Origin: Minisyncoccota bacterium
Lineage (GTDB): Bacteria > Patescibacteriota > Minisyncoccia > Phycocordibacterales > JBAYGS01
NCBI GenBank assembly: GCA_041666545.1
Contig: JBAYGS010000002.1
Location: 106,395 to 170,394 of the forward strand
DNA length: 64,000 bases
Direction of reading: 5' to 3'
Numbering within the stretch: position 1 is the stretch's first letter; every line of letters begins with the position of its first letter. Below, piece after piece: positions 46,986 through 56,765 of the stretch. Made by a program: the position numbers and the translations under genes. The notes below the pieces were generated by a model, which was given only the letters and a program-made list of their open reading frames with translations, was not told where the DNA came from and searched no databases.

Positions 46986-47405
46986 ATGCAAGAGATTCAT
47001 AGTGCCGGCGGGGTAGTAATCGGCCCAAAAGGCGAAGTGCTTTTGGTTTGTCAGGACGGGGCTTGCTGGTCGTTACCCAAAGGCCCGCTTGAGAAATCTG
47101 AAAGCGCCATGGATGCGGCGCAAAGAAAGATTTATGAAGAATCCGGAATTGAGCCGGAGGATTTGAATTATATTAAACCGCTTGGGACCTATCAGCGCTA
47201 CCGCACTGGCTCCGACGGGAAAGAGGATGTGAACACCCACAAGACTATCGATATGTTTCTTTTTCGGACTCAAGTCGATGATTTGGATCCCCGGGAGCCT
47301 GATATTAGCGAGGCCCGCTGGTTCCCGAAATATGAAGTGATAAAGTATCTGACTCATCCGAAAGACAAGGAGTTTTTCACCAGCGTGCTTTTTGATTTGC
47401 CGTGA
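46986..47405 (+). CDS. NUDIX hydrolase
   Basis: SAGGVV, WSLPKG...AAQRKIYEESG (box slightly divergent). Confidence 0.82.
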   Translation: MQEIHSAGGVVIGPKGEVLLVCQDGACWSLPKGPLEKSESAMDAAQRKIYEESGIEPEDLNYIKPLGTYQRYRTGSDGKEDVNTHKTIDMFLFRTQVDDLDPREPDISEARWFPKYEVIKYLTHPKDKEFFTSVLFDLP

Positions 47406-47432
47406 CGAAACCACTGATGATATAATGGTCTA

Positions 47433-48137
47433 ATGATATCACAGTGGTACGGATTAAAGCCTCGAGCCATTAAACTTAGACAGGATGGCCTCTCTATTAA
47501 AATAATAGAAAAGAGGCTTAAAATTCCTCGGTCGACCTTGAGTGGGTGGTTTCGGCTAATCAGGCTGTCTTCGCAGCAGGAGCACAAACTGGAGGTAAAT
47601 AGAAGACTAGGCTTGGTTAAGGCTCGCGAAAAGGCGGTAATCTGGCACAATAAGCAGAAAGAAAATCGACTAAGGCTTGCCGAGGCCGAGGCGGACAAAA
47701 CTTTGGAACAGATCAATTTACCACATGGATCAGTTTCCGAATTAGCTTTGGCAATGCTATATCTAGGCGAAGGATTCAAAAAGAGCTTGGATACGGGTAT
47801 TGGCAATTCAGACCCGACCATTCTAAGGTTTTTTGTAGCTATGTTGTTAAATTTTTATAGAGTTGAAAAAAATAAAATTACATGCCAGCTACATTTAAGG
47901 GCTGATCAAGATCCTAATATGATTAAAAAGTATTGGTCAGAGAAGCTAGGTCTCCCTCTGGCCGCGTTTCAGGCGGTTTCTCAGGATAAAAGAACAAAAG
48001 GAAGACCAACATATCCTGACTATAAGGGAGTTTGTATTGTAAGATGTGGGCATGTTGCGATACAAAGAAAATTAGTGTATCTTAGTAAAAAGTTTTGTGA
48101 AAGAATAATCGGTCAAAACCAAGGATTGCGCGCTTAG
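47433..48137 (+). CDS. HTH plus single LAGLIDADG-like motif protein ending inside tRNA-Val
   Basis: LR..G.S...I...L.IPRSTLS.W HTH; LAMLYLGEG, NSDP motifs. Confidence 0.65.
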   Translation: MISQWYGLKPRAIKLRQDGLSIKIIEKRLKIPRSTLSGWFRLIRLSSQQEHKLEVNRRLGLVKAREKAVIWHNKQKENRLRLAEAEADKTLEQINLPHGSVSELALAMLYLGEGFKKSLDTGIGNSDPTILRFFVAMLLNFYRVEKNKITCQLHLRADQDPNMIKKYWSEKLGLPLAAFQAVSQDKRTKGRPTYPDYKGVCIVRCGHVAIQRKLVYLSKKFCERIIGQNQGLRA

Positions 48138-48199
48138 CTCAGTGGTAGAGCATTGTCTTGACGTGACAAGGGTCGGGGGTTCAATCCCCTCAGCGCGCA
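48128..48199 (+). tRNA. tRNA-Val(GAC)
   Basis: GCGCGCT/AGCGCGC acceptor stem, anticodon GAC. Confidence 0.94.
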
Positions 48200-48234
48200 C
48201 AGTGTAAATTAACAAAAAATGATACAATGAAATT

Positions 48235-48729
48235 GTGGAAAATCCAGAATTAACCAAAGAAAAATCTCCGGCAGCCGTTGAAAAAATATCTCACATTTTT
48301 TCGTCCAATGCCGAAAAACGAATCTGTGTCGTCGGTGCAAGTTGTGTTGGAAAGTCAAGCTTACTTCGCTATTTACCCGAGGCGGTTGATATGGACGATT
48401 TGCTTTTTGGCAACAAACGGAGAGGAATTGAGCCGTTGCTAACGCAACAAGAAGTTGATTATGTTTGTGGACCCTGGACACCGGAAGTTGGTCAATTTAT
48501 GACTAAGAAAGCCCACGAGTTAATCAAAATTGAAGCTGGTCATCCGGTTTTCGGTACAATCGTTTTTCCGTCAGATTTGGTTATTGAAATTACTGTTCCT
48601 GACAATGTTTTACGAGAAAGAATTAGACGGAGAGACACAAATGAGAAAGATGTTTTTAATATGAGAGCACAAATTGATTCCGAAGTTGAAAAGTCGGGAA
48701 TTGAGAAAATGGTTGTTGAAAATATATGA
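48235..48729 (+). CDS. P-loop protein of unknown function
   Basis: VVGASCVGKS. Confidence 0.6.
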   Translation: MENPELTKEKSPAAVEKISHIFSSNAEKRICVVGASCVGKSSLLRYLPEAVDMDDLLFGNKRRGIEPLLTQQEVDYVCGPWTPEVGQFMTKKAHELIKIEAGHPVFGTIVFPSDLVIEITVPDNVLRERIRRRDTNEKDVFNMRAQIDSEVEKSGIEKMVVENI

Positions 48730-49352
48730 AAATCATTCTTGCTTCAGATTTAAGTTTTCTTTTGAAGTATGGTTACGACCTGACGGGCATTTCAAAATCA
48801 GAAATGAAAATCGGATATGTTACGACCGCCTCAAAAGGTGCGAGAGACATAACATTTTTTGAAAAAGTGAAAAATGTTATGCGAGAAAATAAAATCCCTT
48901 TTGAGGAAATAGATATTGAGGGAAAAAGTAAAGATGAGCTGTTAAACTTTTTCAAAAATAAAAATGTTATTCATGTCGAGGGTGGAAATACTTTTTATCT
49001 TCTAAAAGCAATCAGAGAAACTGGCTTTGCGGAAGTTTTGAAAGAATTATTAAGTGTGGAAAAAGTTTATGTCGGCACAAGTGCAGGAGCGTATATCATG
49101 TGTCCCACGATTGAAGTGGCAAACTGGAATGAAACAGGCAGAGACAGATTCGGTTTAACTGATTTTACGGCTTTGAATTATGTTCCATTTGTACTAAAAG
49201 TTCATTACAAAGATGAAGCGGAAAATTTGGTAAAAGAAAAAATGAAAACCCTAAAATATCCGCTTCGGATTTTAAGAGATGGACAAGGAATTTTGATCAA
49301 TAGTAGCGAAGAAAAGTTCTATGGTGAACGGAGTGAAACCATTTTGAAATAA
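48726..49352 (+). CDS. Peptidase S51 (dipeptidase E-like)
   Basis: GGNTFYLL, GTSAGA, VHY. Confidence 0.85.
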   Translation: MKIILASDLSFLLKYGYDLTGISKSEMKIGYVTTASKGARDITFFEKVKNVMRENKIPFEEIDIEGKSKDELLNFFKNKNVIHVEGGNTFYLLKAIRETGFAEVLKELLSVEKVYVGTSAGAYIMCPTIEVANWNETGRDRFGLTDFTALNYVPFVLKVHYKDEAENLVKEKMKTLKYPLRILRDGQGILINSSEEKFYGERSETILK

Positions 49353-49405
49353 TTTTCTGGGACTTGAAAATAGGTTCTGACCTGGTATAGTGTGGGGACA
49401 CATTT

Positions 49406-49747
49406 ATGGGTATTCAAGTTGAATTTAATCCGGATTTGGCCCTAAGGAATTATTCTGAGTTCAGGAAAGGTGCCAGGAAAAAAGAGGAGTGTGTCCCCCT
49501 AAAGCTTGAAGTCGGCAAAATTTACGATTTTCTGAAAAAGGGCCAGAGAAATTATTGGCTCTTTGGCGAATTGCCACTGCTTGAGACGAAGGGAAATCAG
49601 GAATTATCTTTGCCACTCGCGAGTATCGTGATTAAGGAGGCCAAGCATATCTTGATTGAAGGCGAGATTTACACTGTCGGCAAGTATGAGGTGAGGGAAA
49701 TTTTTAGGGATAAGTCCGCCCACTTTAACGGTTTTGCTAAGGTTTAA
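49406..49747 (+). CDS. Hypothetical protein
   Basis: 113 aa ORF with promoter-like upstream sequence. Confidence 0.65.
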   Translation: MGIQVEFNPDLALRNYSEFRKGARKKEECVPLKLEVGKIYDFLKKGQRNYWLFGELPLLETKGNQELSLPLASIVIKEAKHILIEGEIYTVGKYEVREIFRDKSAHFNGFAKV

Positions 49748-49819
49748 CTAAATCTGTTATATTTATCTACCGCTTCAGTTATAATGAGCGGCTTTTTAAT
49801 TTTCTAAATACCAAAGTAA

Positions 49820-50536
49820 ATGAAGAGGACTGTAGCGCTGATTTTGGCGGCCGGAAAAGGGACGCGGATGGGTGGGGAGTTGCCGAAGCCGCTGATTAAA
49901 CTTAATCAAAAACCGCTTTTGCACCATGTTTTGGACACCGTGAAAAAGATCCCAAATCTTCATCCGGCCGTGGTAATCGGGCACCAAGGGGAAATGATCA
50001 AAGAGTCTCTGCCCGATTTTGAGGGTGATTTTATTGAACAGGGTGAACCGTTGGGGACGGGCCATGCTTTGATGGTGGCGAGGGGTCATTTGCTGAAAGC
50101 GCAAAGAATTTTAGTGCTTTATGCGGATATGCCATTTGTATCCGCCGAGACGCTTGGGGGCTTGCTTCGAGTCGGTGAGTCGAAAACGGCTGAGGTAGTT
50201 ATTGGCACAGTTCTAATCGACGGTGAGCTATTTTCTGACTATGGTCGGATTGTGCGTGACCAAAATAATCTCGTATTAAGGATTGTGGAAAAGAAAAATG
50301 CCACGCCCGAAGAGTTGGCGATTAGAGAAGTTAATGCCGGCTTTTATTGTTTAGACGGCGATTTTGTTAAAAATAATATTGGCCGGCTTCGGCCCAACTC
50401 GGTGACAAATGAGTACTACCTAACTGATATTGTCGAGGTTGCTCTTAAGGCCGGGTGCAAGGTGGAAACCTTCGAGATACCAAAAAACGAGGCGATTGGA
50501 TTTAATACGCAAGATCAGTTGGCTGAATTTGTTTAA
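49820..50536 (+). CDS. GlmU-like N-terminal nucleotidyltransferase (no acetyltransferase domain)
   Basis: LAAGKGTRM...PK, LGTGHA, YGRIVR, EYYLTD. Confidence 0.85.
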   Translation: MKRTVALILAAGKGTRMGGELPKPLIKLNQKPLLHHVLDTVKKIPNLHPAVVIGHQGEMIKESLPDFEGDFIEQGEPLGTGHALMVARGHLLKAQRILVLYADMPFVSAETLGGLLRVGESKTAEVVIGTVLIDGELFSDYGRIVRDQNNLVLRIVEKKNATPEELAIREVNAGFYCLDGDFVKNNIGRLRPNSVTNEYYLTDIVEVALKAGCKVETFEIPKNEAIGFNTQDQLAEFV

Positions 50537-50542
50537 GTCTCT

Positions 50543-51481
50543 CTAGCGGGTGTGAATGTGGAGGTAGATGTCCTCGACGGCTTTAATCGCGTCGCCGACC
50601 GCGATGTTGTTTTGGTGATAGAGCCCGTCGGTACAGTCGCCGGCCGCCCAAATGCCTTCGGTCTTTGATTCTTGGTTTTTTGGATCGACAACGATTCGAT
50701 TGTACTGGTCGTGCTCGACAACATCTTTTGAAAAATCGGTGTTGGGAACACTGCCGATTTCCACAAAGACTCCGCTAATCGGTAGCCCGGTCTCCTTTTT
50801 GCTAATCAAATTGCCCAGAATAATTGATTTTAGAAATTTGTCGCCCTTGGCTTCGACGACCACGGTATTGGTAAGGATTTTTACCTTTGGATTTTTGGAA
50901 ATTTTTTCAACGGTGATGGGATCGGCTCGAAAATTTTCACTGCGATTGATCAGGGTGACAGATTTGCAGTAGGCGGCGAGTTGGGCCACGGTCTCAAAAG
51001 CGGCGTTGCCACCACCAACTACGGCAACATCCTGACCGGCGAAAAGGGGGCCATCGCAGGAGGCACAGTAAGTGATGCCGTTGTGTTCAAACTTGTCGGC
51101 GCCCTTGGCTTCGAGCTTCCGCCGTCGACTGCCGGCGGTAATGAGGACGGTTTTCACTTCGTAAGAGCTTTTGTTGGTGGCAACTTTAAAGCCGGAATCG
51201 GTTTTCTCGATTTTGCTGCAGAATTCACCGGTTTTAATGTCGACAGTATCATCGGCGTAAGCTCTCAGATGATTTTCGAGAGATTTGGCCAAATCAGCGC
51301 CGGAAATTTTGATGGTGCCAATCCAATTTTCGATACCCTCGGAGACCGAGCTTTGACCCTGGAAATCCTTGGTAATCAAAACAGTCTTTAATTTTTTGCG
51401 GGAGGCGTAAACTCCGGCGCCGACGCCGGCCGGACCGCCACCGATGATGGCCAGATCATAGAGATTTGATTCAGGATTCAT
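50543..51481 (-). CDS. trxB: Thioredoxin reductase family
   Basis: GGGPAG, CASC, GGGNAA, AAGD. Confidence 0.85.
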   Translation of the reverse strand: MNPESNLYDLAIIGGGPAGVGAGVYASRKKLKTVLITKDFQGQSSVSEGIENWIGTIKISGADLAKSLENHLRAYADDTVDIKTGEFCSKIEKTDSGFKVATNKSSYEVKTVLITAGSRRRKLEAKGADKFEHNGITYCASCDGPLFAGQDVAVVGGGNAAFETVAQLAAYCKSVTLINRSENFRADPITVEKISKNPKVKILTNTVVVEAKGDKFLKSIILGNLISKKETGLPISGVFVEIGSVPNTDFSKDVVEHDQYNRIVVDPKNQESKTEGIWAAGDCTDGLYHQNNIAVGDAIKAVEDIYLHIHTR

Positions 51482-51594
51482 GATTTATGAATTAGGAATA
51501 AGAAAATACAGAGCTAATAATAACAGAAGTGGGGGAGACAACCAAACCGCGAAGTCTCGGAGACTTCGCGGTTTTTTCATTCTTATCTACTAAC

Positions 51595-51700
51595 TACTAT
51601 CTACTTACTACTATCTACTTACTACTATCTACTTACTACTATCTACTTACTACTATCTACTTACTACTATCTACTTACTACTATCTACTTACTACTATCT
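51595..51700. repeat. Perfect 14-bp tandem repeat (TACTATCTACTTAC) x7.5
   Basis: Between ftsZ stop and its terminator hairpin (~51545-51575). Confidence 0.95.
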
Positions 51701-51701
51701 G

Positions 51702-52874
51702 TTACTTTAGTTTGCTTCTCCTTAGAAAAGCTGGCACGGCGCCCCAATCATCATCTTCTTCAATTGCCGGGGCAGGAGTTGGTGCTGGAGCCGGCTTTTT
51801 CTCCTCGACTTTCGCAGCCGACTCCTCCTTCTTTGGCGAGCTCATGACATTGAAAATTTTGCCACGCTTATTGTCTTCATCGCCTTGGGCTTGAAACAGA
51901 CTTTTCTTGGTGCCCGGGGCATCCGGAAAACCGGAGGCAATGACGGTAATTTTGAGTTCGTTTTTCTTGAGCTTTTCGTCTTTGACGGTTCCGAAGATAA
52001 CTTTGGCGTTCGGGTCGATTGATTCGGTAATAATCTTGGCAGCATCCTGAATTTCAAACATGGTCAAATCGTCGCCACCGGCAATCGAGAAGAGTACACC
52101 CTTGGCACCAGAAATTGAAATATCCAAAAGTGGGGAATTGATGGCGGCCTTGGCAGCTTCTTCGGCGCGTTTTTCGCCGGAAGCGGTGCCAACGCCCATC
52201 AAAGCGGAGCCGGCATTTTCCATAATCGCGCGCACGTCGGCAAAGTCGGTGTTGATGATACCCGGGGTGGTAATCAAATCGGAAATGCCCTCGACGGCTT
52301 GTTTCAAAACTTCATCGCACATAGCGAAAGCGGCCTTGGCGGTGGTTTCTTTTGTAATGCTGGTGAGTAGGCGGTCGTTTGGAATGATGATGACGGCGTC
52401 AACCGATTTGCGTAATTCATCCAAGCCCTGTTCGGCCAAACGCATTCGCTGGATGCCCTCAAAGAAGAAAGGTTTGGTGACCACGGCGACAGTGAGAGCG
52501 CCCAATTCCTTGGCAGTCTTCGCCACAACCGGCGAAGCGCCGGTGCCGGTGCCACCACCGAAACCTCCGGCGATGAAAACCATATCCGCACCTTTCAAGG
52601 ATTCCTGAATTTCTTCCTTGGTTTCCTCTACAGCGCGCTTGCCCAATTCCGGATTCATGCCGGTGCCCAATCCTTTGGTCAAGTTTTTGCCGATGTGGAT
52701 TTTTTTCTTGGCGAGCGAGTGGTGTAAATCTTGCGCGTCAGTATTGATGACGATAAACTCAACGCCTTTGACCTTGGAGTTCACCATGTGGTTGATCGCG
52801 TTCTTGCCGGAACCGCCGACGCCGATGACTTTGATGCGGGCAAAAGTTTCTACTTCGGGTGTAATTTGGGGCAT
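51702..52874 (-). CDS. ftsZ: Cell division protein FtsZ
   Basis: GGGTGTG tubulin motif, NTDFADV, C-terminal VPAFLRR. Confidence 0.98.
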   Translation of the reverse strand: MPQITPEVETFARIKVIGVGGSGKNAINHMVNSKVKGVEFIVINTDAQDLHHSLAKKKIHIGKNLTKGLGTGMNPELGKRAVEETKEEIQESLKGADMVFIAGGFGGGTGTGASPVVAKTAKELGALTVAVVTKPFFFEGIQRMRLAEQGLDELRKSVDAVIIIPNDRLLTSITKETTAKAAFAMCDEVLKQAVEGISDLITTPGIINTDFADVRAIMENAGSALMGVGTASGEKRAEEAAKAAINSPLLDISISGAKGVLFSIAGGDDLTMFEIQDAAKIITESIDPNAKVIFGTVKDEKLKKNELKITVIASGFPDAPGTKKSLFQAQGDEDNKRGKIFNVMSSPKKEESAAKVEEKKPAPAPTPAPAIEEDDDWGAVPAFLRRSKLK

Positions 52875-53075
52875 GAAATTAGTTGGTAGTTGGTAGTGAG
52901 TAGTGAGTAGTTTGGAACTCAAAATCACTATCAACCAATAAGATAATGGTTGATAACGGCCTCATAAATGATTGGTCTTAATGATAGCCAAAGGGGATTA
53001 ATTGTAAAGAGTTGACATCCTTAGTATCGAGTGCTAGTTTTTGACTAGAAAAGGCAACTCAAAAGGTGGTTTATT

Positions 53076-53324
53076 ATGACGAAAACTGAATTGGCCAAAC
53101 TTGATTTGGACGCGACCAAGTCTCCGCGGGTCTTAATTGTTAATATTGTCGGGCTGGGTGACACCAACATCGATGCCCCGCCAGGTGACAGCCTTTTTGA
53201 TGTCATTTGTCTGGCCCACTGCGTTCTCTCTAATGAGGCGGTCGCCAATGATGATTTGAGAGGCAGGATTACGGTTCTTGCTTTCACAAGAGACCGAATT
53301 AAAGTCTCAATTTCAGGTACCTGA
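53076..53324 (+). CDS. Hypothetical protein between ftsA and ftsZ
   Basis: TTGACA promoter, AAGGTG RBS, terminator at ~53331-53362. Confidence 0.55.
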   Translation: MTKTELAKLDLDATKSPRVLIVNIVGLGDTNIDAPPGDSLFDVICLAHCVLSNEAVANDDLRGRITVLAFTRDRIKVSISGT

Positions 53325-53394
53325 AAAACAAAACCGCCCCGAGCTTCGAGGGGCGGTTTTTCTTGTCTGGGGAATTAATATTTTTTGAAATGAG

Positions 53395-54567
53395 TTATGG
53401 CAAAAATCTCTGAATCATTTTCATCAAATCGCCACCGCCCTGTTTGATCATTTTGGTGCCGAGCGAGGCGTCGTCGCTTGTGGTGAGTCCCCAAATGCAA
53501 AGACCGTAGGCCACTGACCAAGTCGCATCTTTGATATGGTCGCCAAGGTGGGCGCCAAAACTTAGGGTGCCGATTCGCGATGGCAATTTAAGAGCGGCCT
53601 TGGCCAAGTCCTCGATGGTAGTAATTCCTGAACCGCCACCGGTGATGATAATACCGGCCGGCAGAAGGCCACTACGACCAACTTTTTTCAAGTGAGCTTC
53701 GATGAGGTCAAAAATGTCGGAAAGTCTGGCCAAAATAATTTCCTCCAATTTCTTGCGCGGGTACTGGATTTCGCCGTCAGTGCCGACTTTCAATTTCTCG
53801 GCGTCTTCGAGAGAAATTTTTAGACCCAGAGCAATATCGTTGGTAATGTCGGTCGAGCCAATGGGAAAAACATCGAGCGAGATTGGAATGTTGTTTTCAA
53901 AAATAGCGATTGAGACAGTTTCGGAACCGATGTTGGCAAGGACGCAGCCGGCAATTTTTTGCTGTTTGGAAAGGGTGACCAGACTGGCCGCAAGCGGGGC
54001 AGCCATAACATCTTCGACATCAACACCGGCCTCGGCGACGGCCTGAATCAAATCATTCAAATGCTGTTCAAGTGAAGTGATGAAGAGAGTTCGGACTTCA
54101 AGTTTGCTCCCACGCATACCATGTGGCCTTCCCAAAACCGGTTTACCGTCGACTTTGTATTGCAGGGGAATGGTGTGCAAAATTTTCCGGTTGGCTGATT
54201 GTGAAGCCGGAATATCGCGTTCGCTTTGTTCCAAAACCTTCTTAACATCAAGCTCGGTAATTTCGGAATCGGCTTTGGAAACCACGACCGAAGCCTGGGA
54301 CGTCACACTGCCAAGACCGATGCCTCCAACCGAAACGAAAGCTTTGCGAATTTTTATTTTGGCAGTTTTCTCGGCCTGTTCAATCGCGACACGCAGACTT
54401 CTGGCGGCGTCGCTTAGGCTGATGATGTAGCCGTGTCTAAGGCCCCGACTCTCGGCGTAACCCATGCCTAAAATTTGAGGATTTGGTTTATCCTTCAGGT
54501 GTTCGGCCACTACCACTTTGATTTGATATGACCCGATGTCAATGCCGACTGCGATTTTGCGCGCCAT
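53395..54567 (-). CDS. ftsA: Cell division protein FtsA
   Basis: GIDIGS, IT.DIA..L, ITGGGS. Confidence 0.95.
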   Translation of the reverse strand: MARKIAVGIDIGSYQIKVVVAEHLKDKPNPQILGMGYAESRGLRHGYIISLSDAARSLRVAIEQAEKTAKIKIRKAFVSVGGIGLGSVTSQASVVVSKADSEITELDVKKVLEQSERDIPASQSANRKILHTIPLQYKVDGKPVLGRPHGMRGSKLEVRTLFITSLEQHLNDLIQAVAEAGVDVEDVMAAPLAASLVTLSKQQKIAGCVLANIGSETVSIAIFENNIPISLDVFPIGSTDITNDIALGLKISLEDAEKLKVGTDGEIQYPRKKLEEIILARLSDIFDLIEAHLKKVGRSGLLPAGIIITGGGSGITTIEDLAKAALKLPSRIGTLSFGAHLGDHIKDATWSVAYGLCIWGLTTSDDASLGTKMIKQGGGDLMKMIQRFLP

Positions 54568-54662
54568 AAGATTTTATGGGCCAATTATAGCACTAAAAAG
54601 AAAAGGCCGAATGCCAAAATTTGGCTTAACTGTGGATTAGGTTTGGCGATTGGTGTCTTGGC

Positions 54663-55070
54663 TTAGATTTGGAAATGCCGGCGACAGGTCACCTCCAATT
54701 TTTCCATTTTAGCGCCATGGTCGAGGCCCTTGAGATGAAAAAGTCCGTGGATAAAAAGGAAAAGCAAAAAGTTTTCAAAAGGCCGGTCAAATTTGACGGC
54801 TTCGGTGGCGCTGGTTTTCAAATCCAGATAAATTTCGCCCTCGTCTTTGGAAAGCGGGAAGCTTAAAATGTCGGTTGAGTGATTTTTCGCGCGATATTTC
54901 AAGTTTAATTTTTTTGATTCGGCCGGAGTGATGAGGTTTAGGTTAAGCTGGTATTTCGGGCCCAAAACATGATTTTTAATCGGCTCAAAGGGAAGCCCCG
55001 CCGCGCTCTTAAGCGCGGCGGGGCCCGTAACTAACTTTGAAATATTGAGATTGAAGGTCGCCTCCTTCAT
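54663..55070 (-). CDS. ybeY: Endoribonuclease YbeY
   Basis: TDILSF, HGLFHLKGLDH. Confidence 0.9.
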   Translation of the reverse strand: MKEATFNLNISKLVTGPAALKSAAGLPFEPIKNHVLGPKYQLNLNLITPAESKKLNLKYRAKNHSTDILSFPLSKDEGEIYLDLKTSATEAVKFDRPFENFLLFLFIHGLFHLKGLDHGAKMEKLEVTCRRHFQI

Positions 55071-55071
55071 T

Positions 55072-55326
55072 TTAGGCGGTTCGCTTGCCGTGGACGACTT
55101 TCTCGGCCATCTTGCCGAGTTTGATTAGTTTGGCAACTTCAGCGCGTCTGGCTAGAACCTTTAGGGTCTTCATTTTGACCTTGTATGATGAAAGTTTTCG
55201 GGTCTGATAACGGATTCCGCGAACTCGAGGCAAAACGCCAGAACCTTGGACGCGTTTGGTAAAACGGCGCAAAGCGCTTAGGTTATTCTCGGTCGGATTT
55301 CTAGTTATTTCAACATTAATTGGCAT
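55072..55326 (-). CDS. rpsU: 30S ribosomal protein S21-like
   Basis: EN..SALRRFTKRVQ.SG; basic protein. Confidence 0.7.
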   Translation of the reverse strand: MPINVEITRNPTENNLSALRRFTKRVQGSGVLPRVRGIRYQTRKLSSYKVKMKTLKVLARRAEVAKLIKLGKMAEKVVHGKRTA

Positions 55327-55509
55327 GGGGCATAGCTTAACATGACTCTGAATTGCGGGCAAGTGCGAATAGCTAGGCGATTTTAAGGCTTAGGATGTGT
55401 TCTGAAATGAAAATGTAAATCTCAAAAATGAAAATGACAGTTGAAAAGGCAAAAATTTCTTAAAAATTTAGAATTTTAATATGTCATTTTCCATTTTGAC
55501 ATTTCCGAT

Positions 55510-56748
55510 TTAGATTTTCCTCAGGTATTTCGGCAAGTCGGCGATTGGCACAGTTTCTTGCGAACGGTTGGCCAGATTGCGGACAATGACCGAGTTTTCG
55601 ACGGCTTCTTTCTGGCCCATAATCATAATATAAGGAACGCCCATTTTTTCGGCGGCGGCAAATTGACTGCCAAGGCGGTCGCGGGAGATAGACTGGTAAA
55701 CCGGAATTTTGGCGTGGCGCAAAAGTTCGATGACGCCCAAGCTTTTGCGCTTGGCTTCAAAACCGAGCTGGATGTAAAAAACTTTCGGCTTCTTGATTCG
55801 ATGGTTGGTTCCGGCCGATTTGTTTTTTCTTTCATAACTTACCGAGATGCCGACACTCGGAATGTCCCGTCTCGCGCCCAATTTTCTGGCCAAGCCCTCA
55901 TAGCGCGCGCCGTAGGCCAGGGGTGGTTTACTGCGGTCATTGCCGTCTTCGCGAATTTCAAAAATTGTGCCGGTTTCAAAATTGCGATTGCCGACGAGCG
56001 AGTTGTTGATTTGGTAGGAGACACCGGTGCTCTCGAGAAACTCCAAAATTTCCTGGAAGTGAATGCGGTCGGTTTCGTTCAGAAAGCTCACAGCTCGCGG
56101 GGCGCTCTCGGTCAATTTCAAACAGCAATCGTGGCTGTTGCAACCCAAGACCTCAAAAGCTCCGTCTTTGAAAGCCTGCCGACAACCAGCCGAAAGGTCA
56201 CCCAAGTGTTTGCGATAATAGGCGGTAAGCTCTCGGCTAAATTTAGTGGCCGAATCGCTGTTGCCTAGACTGTTGATTTCAATGTGGAGATTTTCAAAAC
56301 CCTCTTCTTTCAAAATAGCGATGACAGTTTCCAAAATCAAAGCCTCGGCGATGCTCTTGGTGGTGCCCATAATTTCCAAACCGAAACTCACATGTTTGGA
56401 GCCGGCTTTAGTCGACTTTTTTTCACCCGGCAGAGGCGTGCGGTAAAAGATTGAAACTGGCGGATTTTCGGCGCCCCAGTTTTTCTCGGCAAAAGTTCGC
56501 ATGATTGCCACGCGTTCTTCAAGCGGGAAGCGCGGGCCGTCGGCGCCTTTGCGCGGGTCGGATTCTTCCAGACCCTTAGCCTTGGCGATGTCGTCCTTTT
56601 TGATGATCGGGTCGGTAGTGGTTTTGAAACCGTAATAAACGGCAACCTCAGCCGGTGTATCCATTTTGCCTTCGAGATAAATTTCTTTCTCGGTGCTTTT
56701 CTTGGCAGATTTAGAAGTTTTCTTTTTGGCTGAAGCTTGTTTTTTCAT
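55510..56748 (-). CDS. Degenerate HisRS-like protein with anticodon-binding domain
   Basis: YYGF, INSLG, GARY..L, C-terminal HGTP domain; catalytic motifs eroded. Confidence 0.75.
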   Translation of the reverse strand: MKKQASAKKKTSKSAKKSTEKEIYLEGKMDTPAEVAVYYGFKTTTDPIIKKDDIAKAKGLEESDPRKGADGPRFPLEERVAIMRTFAEKNWGAENPPVSIFYRTPLPGEKKSTKAGSKHVSFGLEIMGTTKSIAEALILETVIAILKEEGFENLHIEINSLGNSDSATKFSRELTAYYRKHLGDLSAGCRQAFKDGAFEVLGCNSHDCCLKLTESAPRAVSFLNETDRIHFQEILEFLESTGVSYQINNSLVGNRNFETGTIFEIREDGNDRSKPPLAYGARYEGLARKLGARRDIPSVGISVSYERKNKSAGTNHRIKKPKVFYIQLGFEAKRKSLGVIELLRHAKIPVYQSISRDRLGSQFAAAEKMGVPYIMIMGQKEAVENSVIVRNLANRSQETVPIADLPKYLRKI

Positions 56749-56765
56749 AAGCGTTTTGTTTTTAG

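Noticed and set aside
51529-51894. 121-aa ORF with YYLLTTI repeats
   Set aside because: Translation of the 14-bp tandem repeat, antisense to ftsZ
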